This document shows, in pieces, positions 9,994-19,405 of a DNA stretch of 64,000 nt. The position numbers were made by a program, and so were the translations under genes. The stretch lies in assembly GCA_964408285.1 (NCBI GenBank), contig CAYOYV010000002.1:110590-174589 (forward strand). The letters run 5' to 3'. The stretch comes from an uncultured Nitrososphaerota archaeon (GTDB lineage: Archaea; Thermoproteota; EX4484-205; JAAOZO01). Position 1 is the first letter of the stretch, and the number at the start of each line of letters is the position of its first letter. A model generated the notes under the pieces. The model made no database searches and was not told the origin of the DNA. It saw nothing but the letters and a program-made list of their open reading frames with translations.

Positions 9994-10727
9994 CCCTCGA
10001 ATCCCCTGCTCATGACTGAATCGACGATCACTTTTGCCTCTCCAAAACAGGCCATTCTGCCATCAATCATGACATATCCCCTGGAGAGTTTCAGATACCT
10101 AGCTATCTGTCCGATGTGGGTGACTATCATTGCCGAGGGAGCAGGTTCGGGTTCGCCATTCCCTGTTCTGAGGATCTCCTCTATTGCCCTGACAACAAGC
10201 TGAATGCTCTCAACATCTACGCCGGAATCCGGCTCATCTATTAAGGACAGAAATGGTCGCCCAGCAAGTAGCAACAGCAATTCGGCCCTTTTCATCTCGC
10301 CGCCGCTGAATCCCACGTTCAGATCCCGGTCGATGAAATCTCCCATTTTCAGCAATTCAACGTGCTGCTTTAGGGATTCACCTGTAAGTCCCCTTCTGGA
10401 AGCAATCGATTTCAGCAGAGTGCCAAGCGAGATCCCCCTTATTTTCGGCGGAATCTGGAAAGAGATCCCGATTCCAAGTCTGGCTCTTTCGTCGGTTGAA
10501 AGCGACATGATATCCCTGCCTTTGTACGCTATTGTTCCCCTTGTGACTTTGTAGCCGGGATATCCCATTATCGTGTTTATTAGCGTGCTTTTCCCTGAGC
10601 CGTTTGGTCCCATCAATATGACCGCTTCTCCAAGACCAACGGTGAGGTCTATTCCCTTCAGAATCTCCTTGTTGGCCACCTCCACGTGAAGATCCCTTAC
10701 TTCAAGAAGCATTGCTTGCGAACGCAA
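9963..10727 (-). CDS. sufC: Fe-S cluster assembly ATPase SufC
   Basis: Walker A GPNGSGKST, ABC signature FSGGEMKR and Walker B LSLIDEPDSG. The likely true start is the ATG at MLLEVRDL (about 10712); the ORF opens at a TTG at 10727. Confidence 0.9.
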   Translation of the reverse strand: MRSQAMLLEVRDLHVEVANKEILKGIDLTVGLGEAVILMGPNGSGKSTLINTIMGYPGYKVTRGTIAYKGRDIMSLSTDERARLGIGISFQIPPKIRGISLGTLLKSIASRRGLTGESLKQHVELLKMGDFIDRDLNVGFSGGEMKRAELLLLLAGRPFLSLIDEPDSGVDVESIQLVVRAIEEILRTGNGEPEPAPSAMIVTHIGQIARYLKLSRGYVMIDGRMACFGEAKVIVDSVMSRGFEGCVKCFRKRA

Positions 10728-10931
10728 TCGGATTTACTTAAGGGTTAAGCTGAGGTAAAGCGCCCATGCGCACGATGGTGAGTCCAGCTCTTTTCTCTAG
10801 GATAGATGAGGATTGATTTTTAGTGAATGGTTGGCAACAACCGCGTGCGCGGGAACCCGCAATCTATTGATAACCAAGCAATGCAGATAGTCAGACCGCA
10901 CGCACGAAAACTTTGTAGATGCCCATATCAA

Positions 10932-11786
10932 TCAGAGACTCTGCTGGGCTTGGATAGTGACCTTCATGGACTCCTTGGACTCTAGGTGCCTTTTCCTGCC
11001 GACAACATGAAGATGACCACCATATCCGATCAAACTCGGCTCCTCGCACAGCAATAGCTCCAGATCCAGGAGCTTCTTTGCCTTTGCCTCGTCCTGAAGG
11101 AGAGGCTCCGTTTCAGGCCTCGACACATACACCACAGTCTTCCCCAGAATTTTGACCACTTCCAAACCATTTGCTTCGAGCATGCTTCGCAGTTCGTCTG
11201 GAGAGAAAGCCCGGCAATAGAAGCCCCAGTTCGGTGCAAGGACTCTCTTTTCTAGCAATACCCTGCGCGCCTCTTCAGGACCACTCCTGACCAGCGAATT
11301 ACGTGCCATGCTGTAAAGGCTGTCCACGCCGGCAGCCATGTAACTACCGGGCTTCAATACCCTAGCCAATTCCATTACTGCCTTGTTCGGGTCACCACAG
11401 TAGGAGATCGGATCTCCTTCAGCGAGCACGTAATCAAATGTGTCGTCCGGGTAGGGTATGTCTCGTATATCGCCCTCCTTGAAGGTGACGAGGTGGTCCA
11501 AGCCCCTTTCAATCGCTTTTTTCTTGGCTACTTTGAGCATCCCCGCTGATATATCATAGAGAACGACCCTCAGGCCCTTCTCTGCGATAGGCAATGTCCA
11601 TTTTCCTGTTCCGCCACCGGCATCGAGAATAACCCCGTGATCAGGAAGATATGGTTCTATGTAGTGCCACGTTATCTTGTTATAGAGTTCTTTGAAGTAT
11701 GGATTCTCATATTCGCCGTCATATTGTTCAGCCGAACTATCGTAGTATTTGATCACGTTATGAATTTGCTCCATTGGTTCGCTCAA
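10932..11786 (-). CDS. class I SAM-dependent methyltransferase
   Basis: Motif I VILDAGGGTGKWTLPIA, motif II VVLYDISAGML, and post-I acidic DxxD. Confidence 0.8.
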   Translation of the reverse strand: MSEPMEQIHNVIKYYDSSAEQYDGEYENPYFKELYNKITWHYIEPYLPDHGVILDAGGGTGKWTLPIAEKGLRVVLYDISAGMLKVAKKKAIERGLDHLVTFKEGDIRDIPYPDDTFDYVLAEGDPISYCGDPNKAVMELARVLKPGSYMAAGVDSLYSMARNSLVRSGPEEARRVLLEKRVLAPNWGFYCRAFSPDELRSMLEANGLEVVKILGKTVVYVSRPETEPLLQDEAKAKKLLDLELLLCEEPSLIGYGGHLHVVGRKRHLESKESMKVTIQAQQSL

Positions 11787-11929
11787 TGTTCAATCTGTGT
11801 CATGAAGTTCGGCTTGTAATAAGAATTGTGATGTTTCGAATAGAGATCAGAACTTGAGGAAGTGGGGCCAGCACACGCGCGACGTGCGTCGAAGATCCTT
11901 CGGGAAAAAGCCCCTCTTTTGCATGATTA

Positions 11930-12664
11930 TCATCGCCTTCGGAGGAGCATCCTTCTCAGGATTAGATTCCTCGCGGCTATTCTTTCCATAATCTGCTCAA
12001 ACGCTTCACCGACCTTGAGCTCGAGGTTGAGCACGGTGCCTGTACGGCCTATATTGTCACGCCTCGTCAAGACCCTGACCCTTTCTGATATTGTTCCCAT
12101 TGAAATGTTCAATCGAGCAGCAACCTCGCTTTCCGTTCCGCGAATGCTTGACTCGATGTGACCGAATTCTGTCGGCTCTATCAGCATCAGCCTCTTATCA
12201 ACACCCCGAACCCTTGCTCCGGATTCCAGATCATCGAGTGAGATCGCTCCCCCGAAATAATAGAATTCGACCTCGGTTGTGCTTAACTTGGCCAGTGGAA
12301 GCGACACAGTCAGCTGCTCCAATGGATCTAGGATGAAGTAGCCCTTAGGGGTGGACTTAGGAGTCGCTTGTACAATGATCCTCTTCTTTATCTCAAGACC
12401 GCTGACCTCAAGAGCCGTCTGGATCCTAAATGAGGAGATCGGGCTCAAGAAGGCAATGTCCACATCACTTTTCTGGCTGACATCCCCTCTTGCAATGCTG
12501 CCGTGCGTGATGCATTCCAGTCCAGAACTATCAAGGATCCTCATTATCTGCAAAGCGCTCGATCTCTTCTCATGGACTGCCCTCCATCTCTGGGCATCGT
12601 AGATAACTTCTTTGGCCTCGCCTTTCCTTGATACCTTCTTGCTCAATTTGCTTGTGGCGCACAA
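11930..12664 (-). CDS. nucleotidyltransferase (Pol-beta superfamily) domain protein
   Basis: HGSIARGDVSQKSDVDIAF matches the hG[GS]...D.D NTase signature, followed by a C-terminal extension of about 130 aa. Confidence 0.55.
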   Translation of the reverse strand: MCATSKLSKKVSRKGEAKEVIYDAQRWRAVHEKRSSALQIMRILDSSGLECITHGSIARGDVSQKSDVDIAFLSPISSFRIQTALEVSGLEIKKRIIVQATPKSTPKGYFILDPLEQLTVSLPLAKLSTTEVEFYYFGGAISLDDLESGARVRGVDKRLMLIEPTEFGHIESSIRGTESEVAARLNISMGTISERVRVLTRRDNIGRTGTVLNLELKVGEAFEQIMERIAARNLILRRMLLRRR

Positions 12665-12874
12665 ATCAAGCTAATATTGCTTGTATCTCTCCTCGAAAAA
12701 GATGCCCTGAAAAGGGACCACCCTTGGGTCTTCATATGCATTTAATGAATCAGCGGGCAGCTCATGATAAAGCTGGCTCCTAATGGAACTCTGAAAGCCG
12801 ATATATCCTTGCAAGGACAGAAAAATGCGCTTCAATCAGGGCTCGGGGCAGGAGAAAGGCGGATCAGACTAAGC

Positions 12875-12890
12875 AAAAAACGTATAAAGC
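12875..12890 (+). promoter_or_regulatory. putative archaeal BRE/TATA element upstream of hppA
   Basis: A-rich tract followed by GTATAAAG about 45 bp upstream of the hppA ATG. Spacing is compatible with an archaeal promoter and a short 5' UTR. Confidence 0.3.
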
Positions 12891-12932
12891 ACCACCCCAA
12901 CAAGGGCCGGAAATCGGCCGTGATGATGAGCT

Positions 12933-14906
12933 ATGTACGATCCCTCGATCTTTGCTTTTGGGATAGGAGCCTTAGCTCTGGTGGTTGTCGCTTACCTAGT
13001 CCTCCGGATCCAAAAACAGGATTCGGGGAATCAGCGAATGAAGGAAGTGGCAGGTTACATAGCCATTGGCACCAACGCTTATCTCAGTAGACAAGTTAAG
13101 ACGATCGGCCTTGTCGTTCCTTGGTTATTCATTGCAATGTGGTTGGCATTCGGATCTTGGACGGCCATTGCATTCTTGTCAGGAGTTGCCCTTTCGCTCA
13201 TAGCAGGATATATCGGCATGAATGTGGCCATAAGATCCAATGTCAGGACTGCCAGCGCTGCAATAGTTTCAATGGGTTCTGCATTCAGGACTGCCTTTAT
13301 GGGCGGTTCCGTAACGGGCCTCTCTGTAACTGCACTCAGCCTTTTGGCTTTGTGCACGCTTCGCACCACGTTGGGGAATCTTGAGCCTTTGATTGGTTTT
13401 GGATTCGGAGGCAGCTTAGCAGCCCTGTTTGCTCAGATCGGAGGCGGGATATACACCAAGTCAGCGGACATTGGCGCTGATCTCGTCGGAAAGCTCGAGG
13501 AAGAGATTCCGGAGGATGACCCTAGGAATGCCGCAGTCATAGCTGATCTAGTCGGAGACAACGTTGGTGATTGTGCAGGCAGAGGCTCGGATCTATTCCA
13601 ATCATTTAGCGATGACATGATCACTGGAATGATCCTCGGTGCGATTTTCTCCTGGAAATACGGGGCAAATGGAGTGGTCTTTCCACTTGTCATGCAAGCA
13701 ACGGGTATCCTTGGCTGTATCGTCGGTATATCACTTGTCAGGGAATGGAAGGGGCGAAGCCCCTCCGCCTCACTCTTCCTGGGACTGTTCCTCGCGTCAG
13801 CAGTCAACGCGTTTGGATTGTACATACTATCCATGACGTTACTCAATGACTTCACGATATTCATAGCGGGATTGAGCGGACTCATTGCCACGCTGATCGC
13901 GGTCCTTGTCTCGGAATACTATACGGGCCTTGGAAACAGGCCGATCAGGCGCATGGCAGAAATCTCTCAAGGGGGAGCAGCAATCAACATCATAACTGGT
14001 TTCTCGTTTGGACTTCAGTCCTCGATTTTACCGATTCTGGCTGTTGTAGCAGCAATCATTATCTCGTTCGTGATTTCTGGAGGATCGCTATATGCTATTG
14101 TGGTTGCTAACATAGGCACAGATCTCCTATCCGCCTTCATCATGTCATCGGACGCATATGGGCCTATAGCGGACAACGCTGAGGGAATTGCCAGGATGTC
14201 CGGAGTCTCCGCGGAAGCGAGTGCCTCGTTGCAGAAGCTTGATGCAGTCGGGAATACGATGAAGGCTTCCACCAAAGCGTTCGCAATGGCATCAGGGACT
14301 CTAACGGCATTCGTCACCTTCCTCACGTATTTCAGCACTGCAGGCATACCCACATTGGCCGTCAGTGTGCCGTTTGCCTTGGCCGCACTATATCTCGGGG
14401 TTGCATTACCTTATCTATTCTCATCTCTCACGATCGGAGCGACTGCGAACGGGGCGCTTCGCATGGTATATGAGGTGAGGAGGCAGTTTAGGGAGATGGT
14501 AGGACTGAGAGAGGGCAAGACCACACCAGACTATGCGAGATGCGTTGACATAGCTGCTGCAAATGCGCTCAAGGAAATGGTGATACCTGGAATCCTAGCT
14601 TTCTCTGCGCCAGTAGTAATGGGTGTGCTATTTGGCCCCGAGGAGTTGGGAACAATGTTAGTTGGAGCGGCGGCGTCAGCTGCCCTGCTTGGTTTCTTTT
14701 TCAATAACGTTGGGGCTGCCTTTGACAATGCAAAGAAACTTGTGGAGACGGGATTGTATGGAGACAGGGGTTCCATAGCCTATAAAGCATCAGTCGTAGG
14801 GGATACGGTAGGAGACCCCCTCAAAGATGTAGCAGGCCCCTCACTGCTGATATTCATGAAGCTTGTAGGCATGACCGCCCTCTTGATATTGCGCCTGCTC
14901 CACTGA
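12933..14906 (+). CDS. hppA: membrane-bound H+/Na+-translocating pyrophosphatase
   Basis: Signature motifs GGIYTKSADIGADLVGK, DNVGDCAGRGSDLF and DAVGNTMKA. 657 aa with about 15 TM helices. Confidence 0.95.
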   Translation: MYDPSIFAFGIGALALVVVAYLVLRIQKQDSGNQRMKEVAGYIAIGTNAYLSRQVKTIGLVVPWLFIAMWLAFGSWTAIAFLSGVALSLIAGYIGMNVAIRSNVRTASAAIVSMGSAFRTAFMGGSVTGLSVTALSLLALCTLRTTLGNLEPLIGFGFGGSLAALFAQIGGGIYTKSADIGADLVGKLEEEIPEDDPRNAAVIADLVGDNVGDCAGRGSDLFQSFSDDMITGMILGAIFSWKYGANGVVFPLVMQATGILGCIVGISLVREWKGRSPSASLFLGLFLASAVNAFGLYILSMTLLNDFTIFIAGLSGLIATLIAVLVSEYYTGLGNRPIRRMAEISQGGAAINIITGFSFGLQSSILPILAVVAAIIISFVISGGSLYAIVVANIGTDLLSAFIMSSDAYGPIADNAEGIARMSGVSAEASASLQKLDAVGNTMKASTKAFAMASGTLTAFVTFLTYFSTAGIPTLAVSVPFALAALYLGVALPYLFSSLTIGATANGALRMVYEVRRQFREMVGLREGKTTPDYARCVDIAAANALKEMVIPGILAFSAPVVMGVLFGPEELGTMLVGAAASAALLGFFFNNVGAAFDNAKKLVETGLYGDRGSIAYKASVVGDTVGDPLKDVAGPSLLIFMKLVGMTALLILRLLH

Positions 14907-14973
14907 CATCTCGATACAGTAGCGAAGCTGTGCCCTCATCTGAGGATTGACGAAAGTATCCCAGTGAGAATGG

Positions 14974-16089
14974 TCATGCAGGCGCTTCGGCTTCTTCAAT
15001 AAGCAGAGAAGAAATCAGCATCATGAGTTCCTTCAGGCCTTCCCTGGTCTTTGCCGATATGCCGCAGTGGACCAATTCTTTGATGGTGGGTGAGAGTTCC
15101 TCGACTCTCTCCTGCAATTCATTCTGCCCTGTCAACAGATCACACTTGTTGAAAGCCAGTACAATTTTCCTATCCCCTATTCCAAGCTTTCTCAGCAAAT
15201 CGAGACATGTTTCAATTCTCAACTTCATCAGATCGATAGGGTCACTGACATCTACAACCAAGATCACAATGTCAGATGCCCTTATGTCCTCGAGCGTCAG
15301 GCTGAACGAAGCAATCAGGCGGGGATCAAGATCGGCCACGAATCCTATTGTATCTGCTACGAAAAGGCTCCTTTTGCCATCTGGCAGCAAATAGTATTTG
15401 CTGCTCAAAGTAGTGAAAGGCTTGGGACCGACCGCCTTGTTGAGATTCGTGAGCGCATTGAATAGTGACGTCTTTCCTGCGCTGTAATACCCTGCGATGC
15501 ACGCGGTCGGTATATTCATCCTCTTTCTCCTCGAGAGCTGCATTAGTTTCTCGCGCTTCTTTCTCGAGATCTCCTCCTGCAGATTTGATCTCCTCTTCAG
15601 GAGGCCAGCAACTATCTCATGATATGAGTATTCACCCAGGCTCTTGGGCCCGGGATGCTCCTTTCCAGTCTTATATCTTATAGATGCGACCAATCGTTCA
15701 TATGGTATCTCCTTGATCAGCTTCGCCAACGTTATCTGAAGCTTTGAAAGCTTGTCGGATGAGGAGAGATCGAATATCCTAAGAGTTAGGTCGTACCTGT
15801 CAAGAATCTCGCGTCCGAGCGACGTTGTGAGATTGTATTTTTGTTTGCTGGTTAAGACGTTGTAGAATATTATCGCGTCTACTTTGTCGTCGCTCGTTGC
15901 TTGCTTGATCTCGTCAAGCTTTCCCCTTCCAACCACGAATGCCGGATGTTCTCTTCTGCGAATCTGAATTGAAGAGCCGACTATGTCGAAGCCCGCTGCC
16001 TTGCTCAGATAGGCTAGTTCCTCCAGCCTCATCTTATATAGAGCATGATCGTGGGGATCCGTCTTGATGTAGCAAAGCCAAGCTTTCAA
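14974..16089 (-). CDS. hflX: GTPase HflX
   Basis: The N-terminal HflX domain is followed by a G domain (GYYSAGKTSLFNALT, DTIGF, NKCD). Confidence 0.85.
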   Translation of the reverse strand: MKAWLCYIKTDPHDHALYKMRLEELAYLSKAAGFDIVGSSIQIRRREHPAFVVGRGKLDEIKQATSDDKVDAIIFYNVLTSKQKYNLTTSLGREILDRYDLTLRIFDLSSSDKLSKLQITLAKLIKEIPYERLVASIRYKTGKEHPGPKSLGEYSYHEIVAGLLKRRSNLQEEISRKKREKLMQLSRRKRMNIPTACIAGYYSAGKTSLFNALTNLNKAVGPKPFTTLSSKYYLLPDGKRSLFVADTIGFVADLDPRLIASFSLTLEDIRASDIVILVVDVSDPIDLMKLRIETCLDLLRKLGIGDRKIVLAFNKCDLLTGQNELQERVEELSPTIKELVHCGISAKTREGLKELMMLISSLLIEEAEAPA

Positions 16090-16220
16090 ATTTTCGATTT
16101 AGTCGCCCACTTGCATTATTAACGTTTTCGATTGACAAAGGAATCCTACTGGAACTCATACTAGTCACGAAACGGCCACTGGCTATTGAGAAAGCCTTAA
16201 GGAAGAGTAATCCGGGATGA

Positions 16221-17441
16221 TTGAGAATGGCATCGGATTCCAAGAAGAAATTCGTGGGGCTTGTCACAGGAGCCACAATATATCAGATCGCGCTTTCGGT
16301 ACAGAGTTCGATAGCCTCACCCTTTTTCAATGACAGAGGTATCTCGGCGGAAGAGATAGGGCTCTTAAATTCAATCAATTGGGGGATCATCAGCTTTGCT
16401 TCAATGCCGAGTGGCAGGCTTTCCGATATTGTGGGACGAGTTGGTCCTTTCGTTCTCTCGAGCATACTGGGGTCAATTGCTTGCATACTGGTCTACTTCA
16501 GAGCTGACTTTCTCAGCGCGCTGATGCTCTACTTGCTGGTTGGGCTCTCGACAGCACTCTTTACGCCAAACGCCAGCGCCTTCATATCGGATATATTCGA
16601 AGCAGAGAGGGTGACCGTTCTTTTCGCAGCCTTCTATCTTCTCACGTTAGCGGGAGCAGCAATTGGCTCCATTCTGTCCGGCGTATCCTCACAGAGCCTA
16701 GGCCCCGAGTACCCGTTTCTCGTTGCTTCTGCTCTATTCGTCTTGTCGGCAATAGTCTACCCCCTACTCATCAGGCGGGAGATCAGAAGGAGGGCGCAAC
16801 GACATGACTTCCATACCATTGCGAGTACCTTTGACATTAGGGCGATGATATCAACAATCAGAAGGAACCCCGGTCTTCGTCTCTATGGATTTTCGCTGTT
16901 CTTCCACTCACTGGGGTTTCTGATGATAGGACCCTATGTCAGTCTATACTGCCAGAAGGTCGTAGGTCTTGACATTGCAGGCGTCGGTTTGGTCATAGCA
17001 GCTTGGAACTTTGGATTGGCGATCGGTTCTCTTCCATGGGCTTGGGCCAGTAGCAGAAGAGGGAGCGGCTATGTCTTACTTGGCCATTTCATTCTTTCCT
17101 CGCTGAGCTGGCTTGTGTTCACCTCCGCCAGGGATATGATTTCGGCAGTCGCATTTGGTTTGATCCTTGGTTTGGTTGGAGCAATGGATTTGCCGGCAAG
17201 AAGAACAATAACGATTGGATTTGCCCAGAACGGCAGACTCGGGGAAACGATGGGTTTCATCGAATTGGTCAATGGGATGGGAGGGCTGTTTGGAGGCGTT
17301 ATCGGAGGGATCCTCTGGGAGAGACTCGGCCCGGCTTTGCCATTTTATGCTGCCGCTATCTTGACCTTGATTTCAGTTCCACTGGCACTGATCGCTATGA
17401 GTGGCAAGTATAACAGGAGCGCTCGTCAGGTCCAATTCTAA
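16221..17441 (+). CDS. MFS transporter
   Basis: 12 predicted TM helices. The GRLSDIVGR motif sits between TM2 and TM3 (the MFS signature). Confidence 0.8.
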   Translation: MRMASDSKKKFVGLVTGATIYQIALSVQSSIASPFFNDRGISAEEIGLLNSINWGIISFASMPSGRLSDIVGRVGPFVLSSILGSIACILVYFRADFLSALMLYLLVGLSTALFTPNASAFISDIFEAERVTVLFAAFYLLTLAGAAIGSILSGVSSQSLGPEYPFLVASALFVLSAIVYPLLIRREIRRRAQRHDFHTIASTFDIRAMISTIRRNPGLRLYGFSLFFHSLGFLMIGPYVSLYCQKVVGLDIAGVGLVIAAWNFGLAIGSLPWAWASSRRGSGYVLLGHFILSSLSWLVFTSARDMISAVAFGLILGLVGAMDLPARRTITIGFAQNGRLGETMGFIELVNGMGGLFGGVIGGILWERLGPALPFYAAAILTLISVPLALIAMSGKYNRSARQVQF

Positions 17442-17509
17442 CCCTGAATTCCCAAAGGCATTCAATTCCGATGTCGCCTGATGGGGGACCTTGTAGAATT
17501 CAGCGTCAT

Positions 17510-17914
17510 TCATGAAGGATAGGCTGAGATGGCGCGTTTGATTCTCCTTTCAAGGGATCTAATGTCCGGATATCGTATCCAAGTTATTTTCGGCGCACCC
17601 AGAAGCATTCGGGAAAGCCTCGCCCTTCTCGGGGCGACAGCCACTATCGGCTTATTCAGCATCAGCGCAAGCATTATCTCCATGCCTACTCCGTGGCTTG
17701 GTCTCGAGACATCGGCCACGAGGATGTCCGCAGTTCTGATGCCTTCGGTATCCCTCGCATAGACCTTCTCAGGTGGAAGACCGAAGCCCGGATCCTTCTT
17801 CACCAGCCACTCTGAAACGACATCGGTTCCCGCAATTGACAGAACGTCGTAGAGACGCCTCGCCATCCTGAGCCTTCTTCCCTTGATTATTGGACATGAC
17901 AGATACACCTTCAT
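17510..17914 (-). CDS. nucleoside 2-deoxyribosyltransferase-like (flavodoxin-like fold) protein
   Basis: 134 aa. VYLSCPI...ADILVADVS...HGVGMEIMLALMLNKPIVAV resembles the NDT/LOG-like family with a conserved Glu in a G..E motif. Confidence 0.45.
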   Translation of the reverse strand: MKVYLSCPIIKGRRLRMARRLYDVLSIAGTDVVSEWLVKKDPGFGLPPEKVYARDTEGIRTADILVADVSRPSHGVGMEIMLALMLNKPIVAVAPRRARLSRMLLGAPKITWIRYPDIRSLERRIKRAISAYPS

Positions 17915-18094
17915 TTTCCAGCTCTCGTCTTCATTGATGCCTCATAAGACTTCCGGTTGGCTCCCCTATGAAATCAGATCGTTAGGTAGGCCCGCCTTTG
18001 AGCTTCAGATTTCCCGTTGAAGTGAATTCTCAGGGAACGGCATTCACACATTAGAGATAAATAGCCATGAGGTGACGAATCCCAGCGAAGGAAA

Positions 18095-18976
18095 TTGTTC
18101 TTAGCGATTAGGGATTTTACGGTGAAATGGATCGGATACGAGAACGTGTATGCAGGCTTGAAGGACTTGGGGTTGAAGAGCTTCGAGCTATACATGGATA
18201 GAGAACTGAAGGGAGCGAAATATAGAGACATGGGAGAAGAGGTACCACTTGGATTCGATCTTTCGACCTCAGAGAAGAGAAGAGAGCTATCAGAACAGCT
18301 AGGACAAGAGGGCCTGACAGTTTGTGCCATACTCGTTGAGAATGATTTCGCGCGGACCGACCTCAAATCAGAGATTGACTGGATAGTCAGAACTTGCGAA
18401 GTGGCTCCACAAATAGGATGTGATACTGTGAGAATCAATCCCCCAATGAGAATACAGGAGGGAATTTCTGAGGGCCAGTATCTTGACATAACCATAGACT
18501 GTTGCAGGGAGATACTGGAGAGAACAAAGACAACAGGTGTCTCGTTGGCAATGGAGAATCATGGAGTCATGGGCAACAGATTCGAGTTTCTGAGAGGAGT
18601 ACTCGAGAGTATTGGATCGGAAAGAATGGGATTGAATCTCGATACTGGGAATTTCTATTGGTTTGGCTATCCGCTGGGAAGAGTGTACGAGATCATAGAG
18701 TATTTCGCTGGGAAGGCCAAGCACACTCACATTAAGAACCTTAAGTTTGCCGAACAGAAGCGCAATAGCTTCAGAAAACCAGGGGAGGACTGGCCGAGCT
18801 CGGGGGCAACGATATACGAGGGGGATATTGATCACAGGAAAGTGCTGAACTGGCTCAGGCAGGCTGGCTACGAAAGGGATCTGACCCTTGAGGATGAATC
18901 TCTGGGGAGATTCGATGTGAAAGAAAGGATTGGGATAGTGAAGGAAGACCTGAGATTTCTCAGAGGACTCATATGA
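18095..18976 (+). CDS. sugar phosphate isomerase/epimerase (xylose isomerase-like TIM barrel)
   Basis: AMENHG, NLDTGNF and HTHIKN metal-ligand pattern. The start is uncertain (TTG at 18095, GTG about 27 nt downstream). Confidence 0.75.
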   Translation: MFLAIRDFTVKWIGYENVYAGLKDLGLKSFELYMDRELKGAKYRDMGEEVPLGFDLSTSEKRRELSEQLGQEGLTVCAILVENDFARTDLKSEIDWIVRTCEVAPQIGCDTVRINPPMRIQEGISEGQYLDITIDCCREILERTKTTGVSLAMENHGVMGNRFEFLRGVLESIGSERMGLNLDTGNFYWFGYPLGRVYEIIEYFAGKAKHTHIKNLKFAEQKRNSFRKPGEDWPSSGATIYEGDIDHRKVLNWLRQAGYERDLTLEDESLGRFDVKERIGIVKEDLRFLRGLI

Positions 18977-19081
18977 TTCTTCTGCGCGCTTATCCCACGG
19001 TGCTATAGTCTCTTACAGACACGGAGAAAGAGCAAGAGTTGAAGAGATTTCTTCACGTTAAGGCTTAAATGAAGGGACGGA

Positions 19082-19333
19082 ATGCTATCCTGGCATATGC
19101 AAGAGGACATTCGCCTTAGGATTCTGAGGTTTCTGAACGAATCTGATCAACAGGTGGATTTCTCGACCCTCGTGAAGCAGCTTAACTTAGAGGTAACGGA
19201 ATTGGCAATCGAGCTGGACATCCTGATACACGAGAAGAGATTCGTAAGCGTCGTGGATCTAGGTTCGAGTTCCTCTTATGCGATCACATCTGCTGGAATC
19301 GAGGAATTGAAGATGTTACAGGGCAAATGCTAG
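19082..19333 (+). CDS. small winged-helix-like DNA-binding protein (hypothetical)
   Basis: 83 aa. LRILRFLNESDQQVDFSTLVKQLNLEVTELAIELDILIHEKRFV has an ArsR/MarR-like wHTH pattern. Confidence 0.4.
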   Translation: MLSWHMQEDIRLRILRFLNESDQQVDFSTLVKQLNLEVTELAIELDILIHEKRFVSVVDLGSSSSYAITSAGIEELKMLQGKC

Positions 19334-19405
19334 AAAGAAGCCACGTGATCCGTCGAAATGCCAGGTCGTCCGATTCAGACTAAAGATCGTATCTCCGAAT
19401 CGGAT

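Noticed and set aside
10716-10727. Perfect 5-2-5 palindrome TTGCGAACGCAA at the 5' end of sufC
   Set aside because: Too short to distinguish from chance. It coincides with alternative start codons. It is noted only as a possible operator.
12764-13090. 108-aa ORF spanning the hppA promoter and start
   Set aside because: It overlaps the confidently identified hppA start and putative TATA element, and is Arg/Ser/Gly-rich.
17974-18835. ORFs of 173 and 155 aa on the minus strand inside the 18095-18976 TIM-barrel gene
   Set aside because: They lie antisense to a gene with a clear family assignment. The translated sequences are Ser/Pro-rich and low complexity, typical of shadow ORFs.
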